Part shown: positions 36,049-46,250 of the stretch, piece after piece
Position numbering within the stretch: position 1 is the stretch's first letter
How the letters are laid out: each line of letters begins with the position of its first letter
Virus record (IMG/VR): IMGVR_UViG_3300047334_000093
Location: 524-64,523 of that record
Source of the DNA: a virus
Lineage: Duplodnaviria; Caudoviricetes
Length of the DNA: 64,000 bases
Direction: 5' to 3' (one strand)
Program-made: the position numbers and the translations under genes
Notes under the pieces: generated by a model
The model's input: only the letters and a program-made list of their open reading frames with translations
What the model was told of the DNA's origin: nothing
The model's database searches: none

Positions 36049-39000
36049 GGGGTCTGGCAGCACCAACACAGTCACGCAAAATAGCGCGCCGCCACAGGCA
36101 TATCAAAACGCTTATGCGGTTGCGAACCAAAATGCTGCTGCAGCAGCCGCTCTGCCTTATAACCAATATCCTGGGCAACTTGTTGCCAATCAGTCTCCAG
36201 ATCAAACGGCAGCTTACCAAACCATCGCGAACGCCCAGGGCACCGCGACACCGTTTTTAAACACAGCATCGCAACTTTCCGCCCAGGCTGCCAATACGGG
36301 CTCTCAATATTCGGCACAAGCCGCCAACACGGCAAATTCGGCCGGGCAAGCTTCTTTGGCGGCAGCTTCGCCATACAATCAGGCCGCGGCGTCTTATTTA
36401 TCGCAAGGCGCTTCCCCGATATCGTCAACGGCTATCCAAGGGTATGAAAACCCATACACGCAATCCGTCGTCAACGCATCCACGGCTGAAATAGGCCAGC
36501 AGAATGCTCAACAGCAACAGCAGGTGCTCGGGAATGCAATTGCGCAAGGCGCGCTCGGTGGCGATCGAGTGGGGCTAGCTCAATCTGCTTTGGCAAACCA
36601 ACAAGACCTTGCAGAGAATCAAACTATTGCTGGACTCAATCAGTCAAATTACAACCAAGCGCTTGCGGCCGCTCAATCTGACGCTACTCGGCAAATTCAG
36701 AGCGGATCAATGTTTTCGACCCTTGGTTCAAACGTCGGATCGCAATATCTCCAGGCCGGCCAAGCAGCCTCAAACGCAGACCTTCAAGCCGGCCAGCTTG
36801 GTGCAAACACAAGTTTGCAGGCTGGAAATCAAATAGGAAACATCGGCGCATCGGCGCAAAGCAACTTGCTTTCCGGTGCGTCAGCTCAGTTGCAAGCTGG
36901 GCAGCTTCAGCAACAGCAACAGCAAAACCAAATCAACGCGGCCTATCAGCAGTATACGCAAGCGCAACAATATCCGTTCCAAGATGCTCAGTATTACGCC
37001 AACATTGCCGAGGGCCTCGGCACCGCATCAGGCGGAACGTCTAGCACGACATCGCCCGGCCCGAGCACGGCATCGCAAGTTGCGGGCCTCGGCCTAACGG
37101 GAATCGGAGCTTACGGTCTAGCAAGTAATTCGGGGCTTACAAGTGGGCTTGGAAGCTTGTTTGGTTCTGGTGCTTCTACAGGCGCCGGTTGGGATGCACT
37201 TACGACTGCCGGCACAACTGCAGCCGATTCAGGAGGTGTTGCGGCAGGTGCTAGCGCAGCTTGGGACGCGCTTGCAACATTAGCGGCGCGTGGGGGACGC
37301 GTTAAACGTGCTTTTGGAGGAATGACCGGCTGGTCGCCTAACCAGTCTCAACAACAACCCTCAGCGGCTCAATCTTACCAATCTCAGCTTCGAGCTTTTG
37401 ATCCGTTTGAAAACGGGCTTTACGCGGCAGCGACAGGACAAGCGTCCCCGACACAATCCATGTCTCAGCCAGCTATGCAAAGTTCTGGACAACAACAAAA
37501 CCCGTTTGGGATTAGTTTTTCGCAAAACTCTCCATCTCCGCAGATTAGCGCGCCTCAAGTGGGTTACACGCCGAACAACCAATGGCAGGGCGCAAGCTAT
37601 CAAACGCCCCAGCTTTCTTTTCCCAATTCGGGGTGGGCTTTTAACGGCAATCTTCCCAACTCGACGTCTTCCATTGCTTATAACCGCGGAGGGCGTCTAG
37701 GTTTTGATGTCGGAGGAGCTGCGACTAATGCTGGGGCAACGGAAAGCCTGCCTTTTCAGCAACAATCTGGGTTAGCATTGCTGCCAAACATTTATAGCTA
37801 CATTCCAACTGGACAAACAAATCGTGGTGCTGGGCCGCCTCATGCACCTCAGCAAACTCAAAGCGTGAACCCTAACCCGCTTTCAACCGTGGCACCTGGC
37901 CTGTCAATGCTGAAAAGTATTTTGGCTCCCAGTTCTCAACAACCAGCGCCCATTTCTCAACAAGGCCCCGTTGGATCAAATTGGGATACCCAGACGGAAT
38001 CTTATCGTGGCGGCCGTGTTCGACGAGATGCGGGCGGCGCAACGCCCGATGGCAGTGCATTGTCGGAACCTCAGTTTGAGGCCATGCTGGCTGCACAGCA
38101 AAATACAATGACGCCTAGCGATCTTGCTGGGTTGGGGAATATGCCGGTTGTGGCACGCGAAAATATGCCAGGATTGTTACCGCCCACTGCTACACCGATT
38201 ACTGCGGCCGCAGTAGGCGACATGAAGGGCGGGCAAAATATGCCTGCAATTAATCAAGGTCATGTTGCACGCGGCATCACGAACAACAATCCTTTGAATT
38301 TAAAAACAGCACCAGGCCAAGGCACTGTGGGCTCTGATGGGCAATTTGGTCAATATGCGACGCCGGAGGATGGTATTGCCGCAGCTGCCCGTCAGCTTGC
38401 TCTTAACCAATCCCGCGGCCTCACAACACCACGTCAGCTCATTACTGATCCTGTGCACGGATGGGCACCGGCTTCAGACGGCAATAATTCCGAAAGTTAT
38501 ATGCGGACTTTGGCACTAAACGGCATTGATCCTGACAAACCTATTGACGTTACCGATCCTTCTCAGGCAGGCCGTTTAATCGCAAGTATGGGGTTACAAG
38601 AAGTGGGTCAACATCTTGACCCAACAACAGTTCAGCGCGGAGTCATGCTTGGACTATCTGGTGCGCCAATGGGCAATCAGCCAAGCAAAGTGTACGCGCA
38701 GAATGGCAACTATGCCAACGACGCATCGGCGCCCAGCGCAGACTTTGCGCCATTGGTCGATGCTCAGGGCCTTGGCAAGCTCCAAGCACCACAGATTCAA
38801 TATCAAGGTCCGCAGCAAGGCGTTAGCGGCCTTGATATGTCGTCGCCGTGGATGGCAGTTCTGCAAGCCGGGTTGGCCACCATGGGCGGCACAAATCCGC
38901 ACGCATTGACGAACATCGGCCAGGGTGGTTTGGCTGGTCTTAGCTACGCAGCCCAACAGCAGAAATACCAACAAGAAATTGCGGCGCAACGAAATCAAAT

Positions 39001-40240
39001 CGCGGTGCAAAACGCGGATTTGCAAAACCGCACGGCAATCGCGAACCAGCAAGGCACGGTCGCCAAGGTCAATGCCGATCTTGAAGGCAAACGGTTGGCT
39101 CAACAAGCGTTACAGCAAAACCGTGAATATGGTTTGCAAAACCAAGAGTTTGGTTTGAAATCGGCAATTGCACAACCGCAAATCACGCTTGGCACCGCCC
39201 GCGCCAACATTTTAACAGGTCAACCGACACAACAATCGTTTTCGCAGTCCGCCGCACCACAAACGTCAAACGACGGATATATTGATGTTTCTGGCGGCAA
39301 TGTTGCAACCGCGCCGTCGTCGGCGCCACCTTCGCAAAATTCCCAAGGCTCGGGTATCATGCTCCCGCCGTTGAGCCTAGCAAACGGAAACATTCAGCTT
39401 CCGGCACAAAGCCCATACGACCGTCAGGCTTCGTTGACGCAGGCCATGAACGATCCAAAAGTCGCGCTTGTGCCTGAATTTAAGCCCGGCATTGAGGCGG
39501 CGCTGAACCAAGTCAGCGAAGGCATCAAAGCGGGGAAATTCGTTCAACCGGGCGGAGTTTTGGCTGTTCCGGGTGCGCAGCAAACCGAAGCATCTCAGCA
39601 ATTTCAAAATCAACTTGCCGAAGGGCAAGGCAAGCAAGCCAACGATATCGTGCAAGCCGCCACCATGGCGGGGCAAGTACACCAGCGCGTTCAAGAACTT
39701 CAGGAAGCTGCGCAGGGGTTCCGCCCCGGCGCCACAGGGCAACTGCGTCAAGAAGCTTCGGCGCGGTTGCTTGATGCCTATCAGGCGGTCGGGGCAACGC
39801 CGCCCGCTTGGGTGCAACAGATGGCAACCAATGCTGATGTCATTGGCAAAATTGGCGGCAACATGACGGCCGATTTGGTCCGTTCATTGGGCACGCGCGA
39901 AGCTGCCGCCGTTTACAATCAGGTGCAAAAATTCAACCCCAATGTAGATATGACATCAGGCGGCTTTGACACGGTTCTGCGCTCAATTGATCAAGGTGCC
40001 TATCGATCAGAAGCGCTTCGAGATTTTCAAGATAAGTGGTTGCAATCGCACTCAAACACCACCGGAATGCAAGCCGCTTTCGATAAAGAGCAGCCGCCGG
40101 CCATGTATGCGTCGCGGGTTATGCCATCAAAAGCCACATCACGCGATCCAAACGCATACAAAAACGGATATTATTATACATTGCCTGATGGCAGCACCGC
40201 AATGTGGACGGGCTCGGCATTCCGGCCGGTGACGCAATGA
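36041..40240 (+). CDS. large DNA ejection/pilot protein with lysozyme-like domain
   Basis: MGKGSGS..T N-terminus, Y.NPYTQ.V, GALGGDR, QQYPFQ; RGITNNNPLNL...ATPEDGI.AA...WAPASDGNN muramidase-like segment. Confidence 0.75.
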   Translation: MGKGSGSTNTVTQNSAPPQAYQNAYAVANQNAAAAAALPYNQYPGQLVANQSPDQTAAYQTIANAQGTATPFLNTASQLSAQAANTGSQYSAQAANTANSAGQASLAAASPYNQAAASYLSQGASPISSTAIQGYENPYTQSVVNASTAEIGQQNAQQQQQVLGNAIAQGALGGDRVGLAQSALANQQDLAENQTIAGLNQSNYNQALAAAQSDATRQIQSGSMFSTLGSNVGSQYLQAGQAASNADLQAGQLGANTSLQAGNQIGNIGASAQSNLLSGASAQLQAGQLQQQQQQNQINAAYQQYTQAQQYPFQDAQYYANIAEGLGTASGGTSSTTSPGPSTASQVAGLGLTGIGAYGLASNSGLTSGLGSLFGSGASTGAGWDALTTAGTTAADSGGVAAGASAAWDALATLAARGGRVKRAFGGMTGWSPNQSQQQPSAAQSYQSQLRAFDPFENGLYAAATGQASPTQSMSQPAMQSSGQQQNPFGISFSQNSPSPQISAPQVGYTPNNQWQGASYQTPQLSFPNSGWAFNGNLPNSTSSIAYNRGGRLGFDVGGAATNAGATESLPFQQQSGLALLPNIYSYIPTGQTNRGAGPPHAPQQTQSVNPNPLSTVAPGLSMLKSILAPSSQQPAPISQQGPVGSNWDTQTESYRGGRVRRDAGGATPDGSALSEPQFEAMLAAQQNTMTPSDLAGLGNMPVVARENMPGLLPPTATPITAAAVGDMKGGQNMPAINQGHVARGITNNNPLNLKTAPGQGTVGSDGQFGQYATPEDGIAAAARQLALNQSRGLTTPRQLITDPVHGWAPASDGNNSESYMRTLALNGIDPDKPIDVTDPSQAGRLIASMGLQEVGQHLDPTTVQRGVMLGLSGAPMGNQPSKVYAQNGNYANDASAPSADFAPLVDAQGLGKLQAPQIQYQGPQQGVSGLDMSSPWMAVLQAGLATMGGTNPHALTNIGQGGLAGLSYAAQQQKYQQEIAAQRNQIAVQNADLQNRTAIANQQGTVAKVNADLEGKRLAQQALQQNREYGLQNQEFGLKSAIAQPQITLGTARANILTGQPTQQSFSQSAAPQTSNDGYIDVSGGNVATAPSSAPPSQNSQGSGIMLPPLSLANGNIQLPAQSPYDRQASLTQAMNDPKVALVPEFKPGIEAALNQVSEGIKAGKFVQPGGVLAVPGAQQTEASQQFQNQLAEGQGKQANDIVQAATMAGQVHQRVQELQEAAQGFRPGATGQLRQEASARLLDAYQAVGATPPAWVQQMATNADVIGKIGGNMTADLVRSLGTREAAAVYNQVQKFNPNVDMTSGGFDTVLRSIDQGAYRSEALRDFQDKWLQSHSNTTGMQAAFDKEQPPAMYASRVMPSKATSRDPNAYKNGYYYTLPDGSTAMWTGSAFRPVTQ

Positions 40241-43200
40241 CCGATTTGACCTTAGATCAAGTTTTTGGTTCTTCAAATCCCTCAACGTTGCCGGCTCAAG
40301 CAACGCCATCGCCATCTTTATCTTCTCCTACAGTAGCGGCTCCGCCACCTTCTGCTTCGTCCTTTCAAACGGTTGAACCCCATTACGCTGCTGATGGGGA
40401 AATGACAAATCTTTCGCCCGCCGATTACGCCAAATTTCAATCTGGCGTTTCTGCCAAAGCGACGCCGGCAATCTCTCCTTCACTGTCGCAACCGGATCAA
40501 CCAAACGCTCAACCTGGAGAATTGTCTTTAGATGAAATTTTCAAACTTCCGAATAAAAATTATCAATCAGACAAATGGGACAATCAGCCACAAGGCTCTG
40601 GCCTGTTAGCCAATTTTGCGGCTGGTGCTGGCGACACATTACTTGCCCCGCTAAGCGTTCCAGACCCAGTTAGCACGTTGGTTAATATGGGAACGCGCGG
40701 CATAAATTACCTGACGGGTTCAAACATTCCGCGTATGGAAGACCCGGCTGGGCCAGATAACGAGGTAAAAAAATTTCTCGGAAAAATTGGCCTCAATCCA
40801 GATGACGTAAAGGCCGTCACGCCAAACGAATACGCAATGCGCGGTATTGGTTCTGTGGCGCCGATGGTTGTGGCACCTTGGGCGATGGCGGGGCAATTGC
40901 CGAGCGTTGGCGCAGGATTGGCGGGAGCGGGCCGCGGCGCTTTGATCGGCGCATTTAGCGGGCTCGGACAAGACGCCGGGCAAAACCTTGCGCCGCCTGG
41001 ATATGAAGGAATTGGCGGAACGCTTGGCAGCATTGTCGGCGGCGGCATTGGCGATCTCGGTTTATCTGTAACTCAGGGCTTGGGTCGGATTGCAAAAAAT
41101 CAAATCAGCGCTCTCGCGCCCGTCACAAAAAGCATGCAGCAACAGCAGGCGGCATTGCGAATTGCCAATAGGGCAACCGATCTGCCAAGCGTTTTGGACA
41201 CGTTGAATGCTGATCCAAACGCCATTACGGTTACGCCAAACCAGCCGCAACTTGTGCCGCGTTCGCTGCCCACCACTGCGCAACTGACTGGCGACAGAGG
41301 GTTGGCAAACCTTGAACGCACGACCGCCGCTGCTAATCCAGCGCCGTTTTTGGCTCGCTATGCTGATCAAAATTCCGCACGCGTCAACGAATTAGGCAAT
41401 ATTGCACCCAATGGGGCTGACGGCTCAGCAGTTCATGATTACGTAAAAGCACAACTTGCTGATTTGGACGCTCAGCATCAAGCGGCGATTAATTCGGCTC
41501 AAACTGGCGTTCAGCAAGCCACAGACGCTATTGACGGCAATATGGCACCCGAAGAATATGGCGCCCCTATTCGCGACGATGCGCTTTCGCCGGCTCGTCA
41601 AGCCGTCAAGGCAAATGAAAATCGCCTTTGGAACTCAATTGACCCAACGGGAAAAGGAAAGCTTGACGTATCGCCTTTGCCGGACGCATTTAGCCAAATT
41701 AAGTCACAAATACCGCAAGCCGAGCAGCTTGGCGCGGGAGAAAGTCATCTCTATTCCACAGTTGCGGATTTTCCTGATGTGCAATCATTTCAGGAACTTC
41801 GCGGGCTTCGCAGCACCATAACGAACAACATGGCACAAGAGTTAGCCCAAAATGGACGCTCGCCCGCGTACAGGCGCATGACGCAAATGCTGGGCGCCGT
41901 GGATGACACAATCGGTTCGGCAGTTGATCGGGCTTCGGGAAAGAATTATAACGAATCTGGCGTTCAAAAAGGCGCCACGCATAATTCATCAGACGATCAA
42001 GCTTACGCTCAAATGTTAGCGGAAGCAGATCAATGGAAAAGAGATAGAATTGCATCCGCCAGAACGCAAATTCAAGCCAGGGGAAATGTTGGCATCAATC
42101 CTCAAGGATTGGACGCTAGCGGATCGAGCGGAGTTTCTTCAGCATCTGGAAGCCAAGGCCAAGCAAGAAACCAACTTGGAACGGCTCCGGGAAATCAAAG
42201 CTTACCGCCAGAGCCAGTAATTCCTGATTGGACGCATGAGCAAACCGCCGCGTATGCCCAGGCGCGCGCCGCAACGGCGGCCAGAGCGGCGACCTTTGAT
42301 AGCCCTCGCGTAAACGCTGTCGGCAAAGCGTTACGCCCTGACGGACGGGGCGGTTATATGATGGCTGATGAGCAAGTGGCATCGCGTTTTTTTAACGGTG
42401 GGTCGCGCTCAACCAAAGACTTGCAAGATTTTATGGCAGCCGTTGGCGATAGACCGAGCGCCGTTGCGTTGTTACAAGATTATGCCGCTTCGACACTTCG
42501 AAAAGCGGCCATTAAGGACGATGGAATACTTGACCTTCGTGCGTTCCAAAAATGGAAAGACAGATACCAAGCGCCTCTGCGGTCATTTCCCGAATTGCAA
42601 TCGCGTTTTAGGAATGCCGAACAGGCTCAGCATACTTTAGACATCACCCAAGCAGCTTACGCGACAGCGCGAAAAGAATTTGAAAACTCCGCAGCTAAGC
42701 ATTTTTTGGGCGACAAAGAGCCACACGAAGCCATCCAAGCGGCGCTTGCTGGCGGAACGGCAAAAGCTCGGGCTAACATGACTGAACTTGCCCAACGAGT
42801 TGCGGACAGCCCCGATGCTCAAGCCGGGCTTCAACGCGCCACTATGGACCATATTTTAAAAAAATACGTTAAACCAGACGGCCGCATAGACGGTTTTGCG
42901 TTGTCAAAGTTTGTTGATGCCCATCAGGATGCTTTGCGCCCAGTCATGGGCGAGCCAGGGCTCATACGAATTAAAAATGTCGTAAAAGATATTGAACGTT
43001 CTCAATCAACGCAAGCCGGCGCAAAGCTTGTCGGCTCTAACACTGCGCAAGACATTCTGGGTCATCTATCATCGCACGAACCGCAAACTGTTCTCGGTCA
43101 CATTGCCAATGAAAGTGGACATTTGGCATCAACTGTCGCGATCGAACATGCTCTTGGCATTTCTGGCGTGATCGGCGCTTCTATCGGACGCGCATTTGCA

Positions 43201-44103
43201 AAAATAGGGGTCGCTAAAGTTGATGATTTGGTAACGAAAGCAATGCTTGATCCATCGGTGGCAAAACAACTATTGACGAAAATTCCAAAAAGTCCAGGTG
43301 CGCAAAAATCATGGATTTTGAATTTATTAAAAGTTGTAAGAAACGATCAAAACAATAACAAAACATTAGACGCAAAATTGTATATGTCTTATAATGCTCC
43401 GGATAAGCCTCCTATGCCGATAGGCGATTACTATAAATCTGGAGTTCCGACAGATGGCCAAGCGCGTATTGTTGCCACCCCCGAGGGGCACGTTCTCTCG
43501 GCCCCCACAATTATCGGACGTTCCTCTGTCGGAATACCTGAAAATGCCGTCCAGGAAAAAAGGGCTCTTGAATCCCTCGGAGAGAGCATCTCTGGCCGAC
43601 CTGTATCGCCACTTGAGAAAAGTCAGAGACGCAGAGCGTCAGGGGGTTACGATCCCGTCACGGGTGATATACTAATAAACCCAGACGCTCCTCAAGCTGA
43701 GCAAACTCATGCTTTACAGCACGAAATTGGTCATGCGATAGATTATGCGGTAGGTGGGATATCTCAAGATAAAATAAAAACGGAGTTAAATCGTGTTTAT
43801 AACACGATGGTCACTGGTCAAGAACGCACAAAAAACTTGACTAGGCCCACCGACTTAAAATATTCACCAAACGAATCTCCAGGTGAATTGATGGCAGAAG
43901 CCATCAAAGCTTATATCCACAACCCAAATTATCTCAAAACTGTTGCACCACGCACGGCAGAAGCAATTAGACGCGCCGTTAACACGCATCCGCATCTGTC
44001 CAAAATCATTCAATTCAATTCCGTAGCCGGCGCTGGACTTGGACTTGGCGCCTTGGGTTCTGGTTATCCATCACAGTCAGGAGCAAAAAATGCTGCGCCT
44101 TGA
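40237..44103 (+). CDS. large ejection protein with C-terminal zincin metallopeptidase-like domain
   Basis: Gly-rich hydrophobic segments then long helical body; HEIGH...ELMAEA at the C-terminus. Confidence 0.7.
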   Translation: MTDLTLDQVFGSSNPSTLPAQATPSPSLSSPTVAAPPPSASSFQTVEPHYAADGEMTNLSPADYAKFQSGVSAKATPAISPSLSQPDQPNAQPGELSLDEIFKLPNKNYQSDKWDNQPQGSGLLANFAAGAGDTLLAPLSVPDPVSTLVNMGTRGINYLTGSNIPRMEDPAGPDNEVKKFLGKIGLNPDDVKAVTPNEYAMRGIGSVAPMVVAPWAMAGQLPSVGAGLAGAGRGALIGAFSGLGQDAGQNLAPPGYEGIGGTLGSIVGGGIGDLGLSVTQGLGRIAKNQISALAPVTKSMQQQQAALRIANRATDLPSVLDTLNADPNAITVTPNQPQLVPRSLPTTAQLTGDRGLANLERTTAAANPAPFLARYADQNSARVNELGNIAPNGADGSAVHDYVKAQLADLDAQHQAAINSAQTGVQQATDAIDGNMAPEEYGAPIRDDALSPARQAVKANENRLWNSIDPTGKGKLDVSPLPDAFSQIKSQIPQAEQLGAGESHLYSTVADFPDVQSFQELRGLRSTITNNMAQELAQNGRSPAYRRMTQMLGAVDDTIGSAVDRASGKNYNESGVQKGATHNSSDDQAYAQMLAEADQWKRDRIASARTQIQARGNVGINPQGLDASGSSGVSSASGSQGQARNQLGTAPGNQSLPPEPVIPDWTHEQTAAYAQARAATAARAATFDSPRVNAVGKALRPDGRGGYMMADEQVASRFFNGGSRSTKDLQDFMAAVGDRPSAVALLQDYAASTLRKAAIKDDGILDLRAFQKWKDRYQAPLRSFPELQSRFRNAEQAQHTLDITQAAYATARKEFENSAAKHFLGDKEPHEAIQAALAGGTAKARANMTELAQRVADSPDAQAGLQRATMDHILKKYVKPDGRIDGFALSKFVDAHQDALRPVMGEPGLIRIKNVVKDIERSQSTQAGAKLVGSNTAQDILGHLSSHEPQTVLGHIANESGHLASTVAIEHALGISGVIGASIGRAFAKIGVAKVDDLVTKAMLDPSVAKQLLTKIPKSPGAQKSWILNLLKVVRNDQNNNKTLDAKLYMSYNAPDKPPMPIGDYYKSGVPTDGQARIVATPEGHVLSAPTIIGRSSVGIPENAVQEKRALESLGESISGRPVSPLEKSQRRRASGGYDPVTGDILINPDAPQAEQTHALQHEIGHAIDYAVGGISQDKIKTELNRVYNTMVTGQERTKNLTRPTDLKYSPNESPGELMAEAIKAYIHNPNYLKTVAPRTAEAIRRAVNTHPHLSKIIQFNSVAGAGLGLGALGSGYPSQSGAKNAAP

Positions 44104-44305
44104 AGTCATCTCCTACCTAGATCGCCTTATGAGCGAACCAGACGACAAGCGAGCTGCCGGGTGGGCAATCGTCAAACCCACGTTGGAAGCCAACCGCGAT
44201 CCGGATGGCGAGGAATGGGAACAAATGAATGCGGCAGTGCCGTTAAGGGTTGATCAAGAAACCCAAAACCACGAAACTGAAACTCAACAGGAGCATACGA
44301 CATGA
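44090..44305 (+). CDS. hypothetical protein
   Basis: AGGAG RBS, coupled. Confidence 0.55.
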   Translation: MLRLEVISYLDRLMSEPDDKRAAGWAIVKPTLEANRDPDGEEWEQMNAAVPLRVDQETQNHETETQQEHTT

Positions 44306-44646
44306 GCGGCACATCAACGAATAACCTTTCTTTGTCGGTCGGAACGACACCGACTTTAGTTCTCCCGGCTGGGCTTCCGATTACATATCAGCGCATTATA
44401 AACGCTGGCTTGGCGGGAACAAATGGTGTGGCTTGGTGTTCTTATACAAGTAAAAATCCTGCGCCCAATTTGCCAGGTTCATTCCCACTCGCCCCGTATG
44501 GAAACACATTAAATCAACCTTCCGTTGAAGAATTTAGCAATTTCAAAATAATTCCTTCGGGTCCACTTTATGCAGTTAGCGACGGTGGCAGCAGCGGCAG
44601 CGCGCCGGCAATCCTTACTATTGTTGTGGTTTCTAATTCTCGATAA
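44302..44646 (+). CDS. putative small structural protein
   Basis: AGGAG RBS; beta-rich VGTTPTLVLPA...R.IIN. Confidence 0.65.
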   Translation: MSGTSTNNLSLSVGTTPTLVLPAGLPITYQRIINAGLAGTNGVAWCSYTSKNPAPNLPGSFPLAPYGNTLNQPSVEEFSNFKIIPSGPLYAVSDGGSSGSAPAILTIVVVSNSR

Positions 44647-44679
44647 CCGCGTTTAAGCCACGTTGGCTTCGGCGTTTCA

Positions 44680-45078
44680 ATGCGCCTCATTTACCTTCGC
44701 AACGGCATCCTTGCCATGCAGGTGCTTTTGACCAGCATCATGGCATGGTGGGGTATTGCGTTGTTGAGGCCCATCAATACCTTCGGCTCGTCCTCCAGCT
44801 ATAGCGAGTTTGTGCGGGTATGGCCGCATAGCGAAACTAAATGGGCTGGGGTATTTTTTATAGCCGCGTTAATCGGTGTTTTTGGCTTATGGGCGCGCAA
44901 CCGATGGGCGCGGCTTTGGGCTGCCGTGGTGCTGGTGGCCGCTCATGGTGATCTTGCCTTTATGTCGTGGGGTGGCAACGGGGCTTCAACCGGCACCGGC
45001 ACTTATGCGTTGTTGGCCATATTTGGGTTGTGGCGCATATGGGCGGAAGGGTTAATTTATGAAACCATTATTAAATAG
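44680..45078 (+). CDS. multi-pass membrane protein (holin-module candidate)
   Basis: About 4 hydrophobic segments. Confidence 0.7.
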   Translation: MRLIYLRNGILAMQVLLTSIMAWWGIALLRPINTFGSSSSYSEFVRVWPHSETKWAGVFFIAALIGVFGLWARNRWARLWAAVVLVAAHGDLAFMSWGGNGASTGTGTYALLAIFGLWRIWAEGLIYETIIK

Positions 45079-45442
45079 AATATATGTTTCAATTCAACAT
45101 CGTCCTTGGACAGTTGACATAATTTCTGGCATTCAGATTTTTTCTCTTGGGTTATTTTTTCTTATTGATCCGCTTGCGATTATAGCTCGACCTGCGTTTT
45201 CGTTTCTTAATCATCTTAAACCAAGTGCTCTTTCTTGGGTTATGATGTCGTGTGGAACTCTGCAAATAGTATCTGCTTTGCTAAATGTTCTTTGGTGGCG
45301 CTGGACTATGGCGTTTCTGGTGATGTGGCATTGGTGTTCGTTTGTGTGCGGCGTTTGGGTTGCGGACCGTAATGCTTCGGCCGTTGTCTTAATGGCGTGC
45401 GCGGCGTTGGCGAATGCTTTGATTTTATGCCGGCTCTACTAA
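45059..45442 (+). CDS. multi-pass membrane protein (holin-module candidate)
   Basis: About 4 hydrophobic segments. Confidence 0.7.
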   Translation: MKPLLNRIYVSIQHRPWTVDIISGIQIFSLGLFFLIDPLAIIARPAFSFLNHLKPSALSWVMMSCGTLQIVSALLNVLWWRWTMAFLVMWHWCSFVCGVWVADRNASAVVLMACAALANALILCRLY

Positions 45443-45454
45443 GAGAGTCATCTA

Positions 45455-45922
45455 GTGGCAGATGCAAACGGGGGGAATGATCTTTGGTCTATCGTTCAAC
45501 CTTGGGTTCGAGGGCTTTTCGGTCCTTTACTTTTTGGGATCGGCGTTTCGATCAGGTGGTTGTGGGCTGCTCGGAGACAACACAAACTTGATGAAGAGCG
45601 CATCCGTGATGAAGACGACGCTTACCGGTTACGGGATCGGCAACTTTTGTCGGTAGAGCAACAGGCTGCATTTGCGCGACTGACGGCAGAGCGCGATAGG
45701 CTTGCTGCTGAAGCGCAGGCAGCGAGAGCGGAAACCGAGCGAGCTTGGCGCACCGCCTATGCGGTGCATCGGTGGGCAGATGAACAAAAGCACGTTGCCA
45801 ACAACAGGCTTATGCAAATGAGTGTGCAATGGTCGGCAGGACGCGTTGCGCCAGAAATTGTCGCGCCAATGCAGGATGTTCCAAGTATTGAATCGTTTGG
45901 AATGTCGAAACGTGACGTTTAA
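45455..45922 (+). CDS. single-TM coiled-coil protein (holin/antiholin-like)
   Basis: N-terminal TM then coiled coil; near the endolysin. Confidence 0.6.
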   Translation: MADANGGNDLWSIVQPWVRGLFGPLLFGIGVSIRWLWAARRQHKLDEERIRDEDDAYRLRDRQLLSVEQQAAFARLTAERDRLAAEAQAARAETERAWRTAYAVHRWADEQKHVANNRLMQMSVQWSAGRVAPEIVAPMQDVPSIESFGMSKRDV

Positions 45923-46250
45923 ATTAGTATGGACCGATCAAATGCTTGAATTGCTTTTTGATCTTGCGCCTACTGGAATGTCATGGGACGATGTAGCTCG
46001 GCTTATTGGTGTGTCGCGTCAGGCAGCAAGCGACAAAGCTGCTGAGTTTCCTGAACTTTTGGCAAAGCGTGCCATGGCAAAAAATCCTGAAATACGGGTG
46101 CAACGTCGACCAGCAGAACCATTGCCGCCTGGGCACCCGATCACTTGGGGGCTTATCACCGCCGGGACATCATTGGAAGGCGCGGCCTATTCTGGCCCGC
46201 GGTGGACGTGGGGAACGTTGACGGAAAACACGCTTGTTCGGGGATTTTGA
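45912..46250 (+). CDS. GcrA-like HTH protein in lysis region
   Basis: WTDQMLELLFDL...GMSWDDVARLIGVSRQAASDKA; PLPPGHPITWGLI. Confidence 0.55.
   Translation: MTFKLVWTDQMLELLFDLAPTGMSWDDVARLIGVSRQAASDKAAEFPELLAKRAMAKNPEIRVQRRPAEPLPPGHPITWGLITAGTSLEGAAYSGPRWTWGTLTENTLVRGF

Noticed and set aside
36041-44103. Tape-measure protein
   Set aside because: No tail tube, sheath or tail chaperone genes; context (nozzle, GNAT, MGKG-start pilot protein) fits podovirus ejection proteins.
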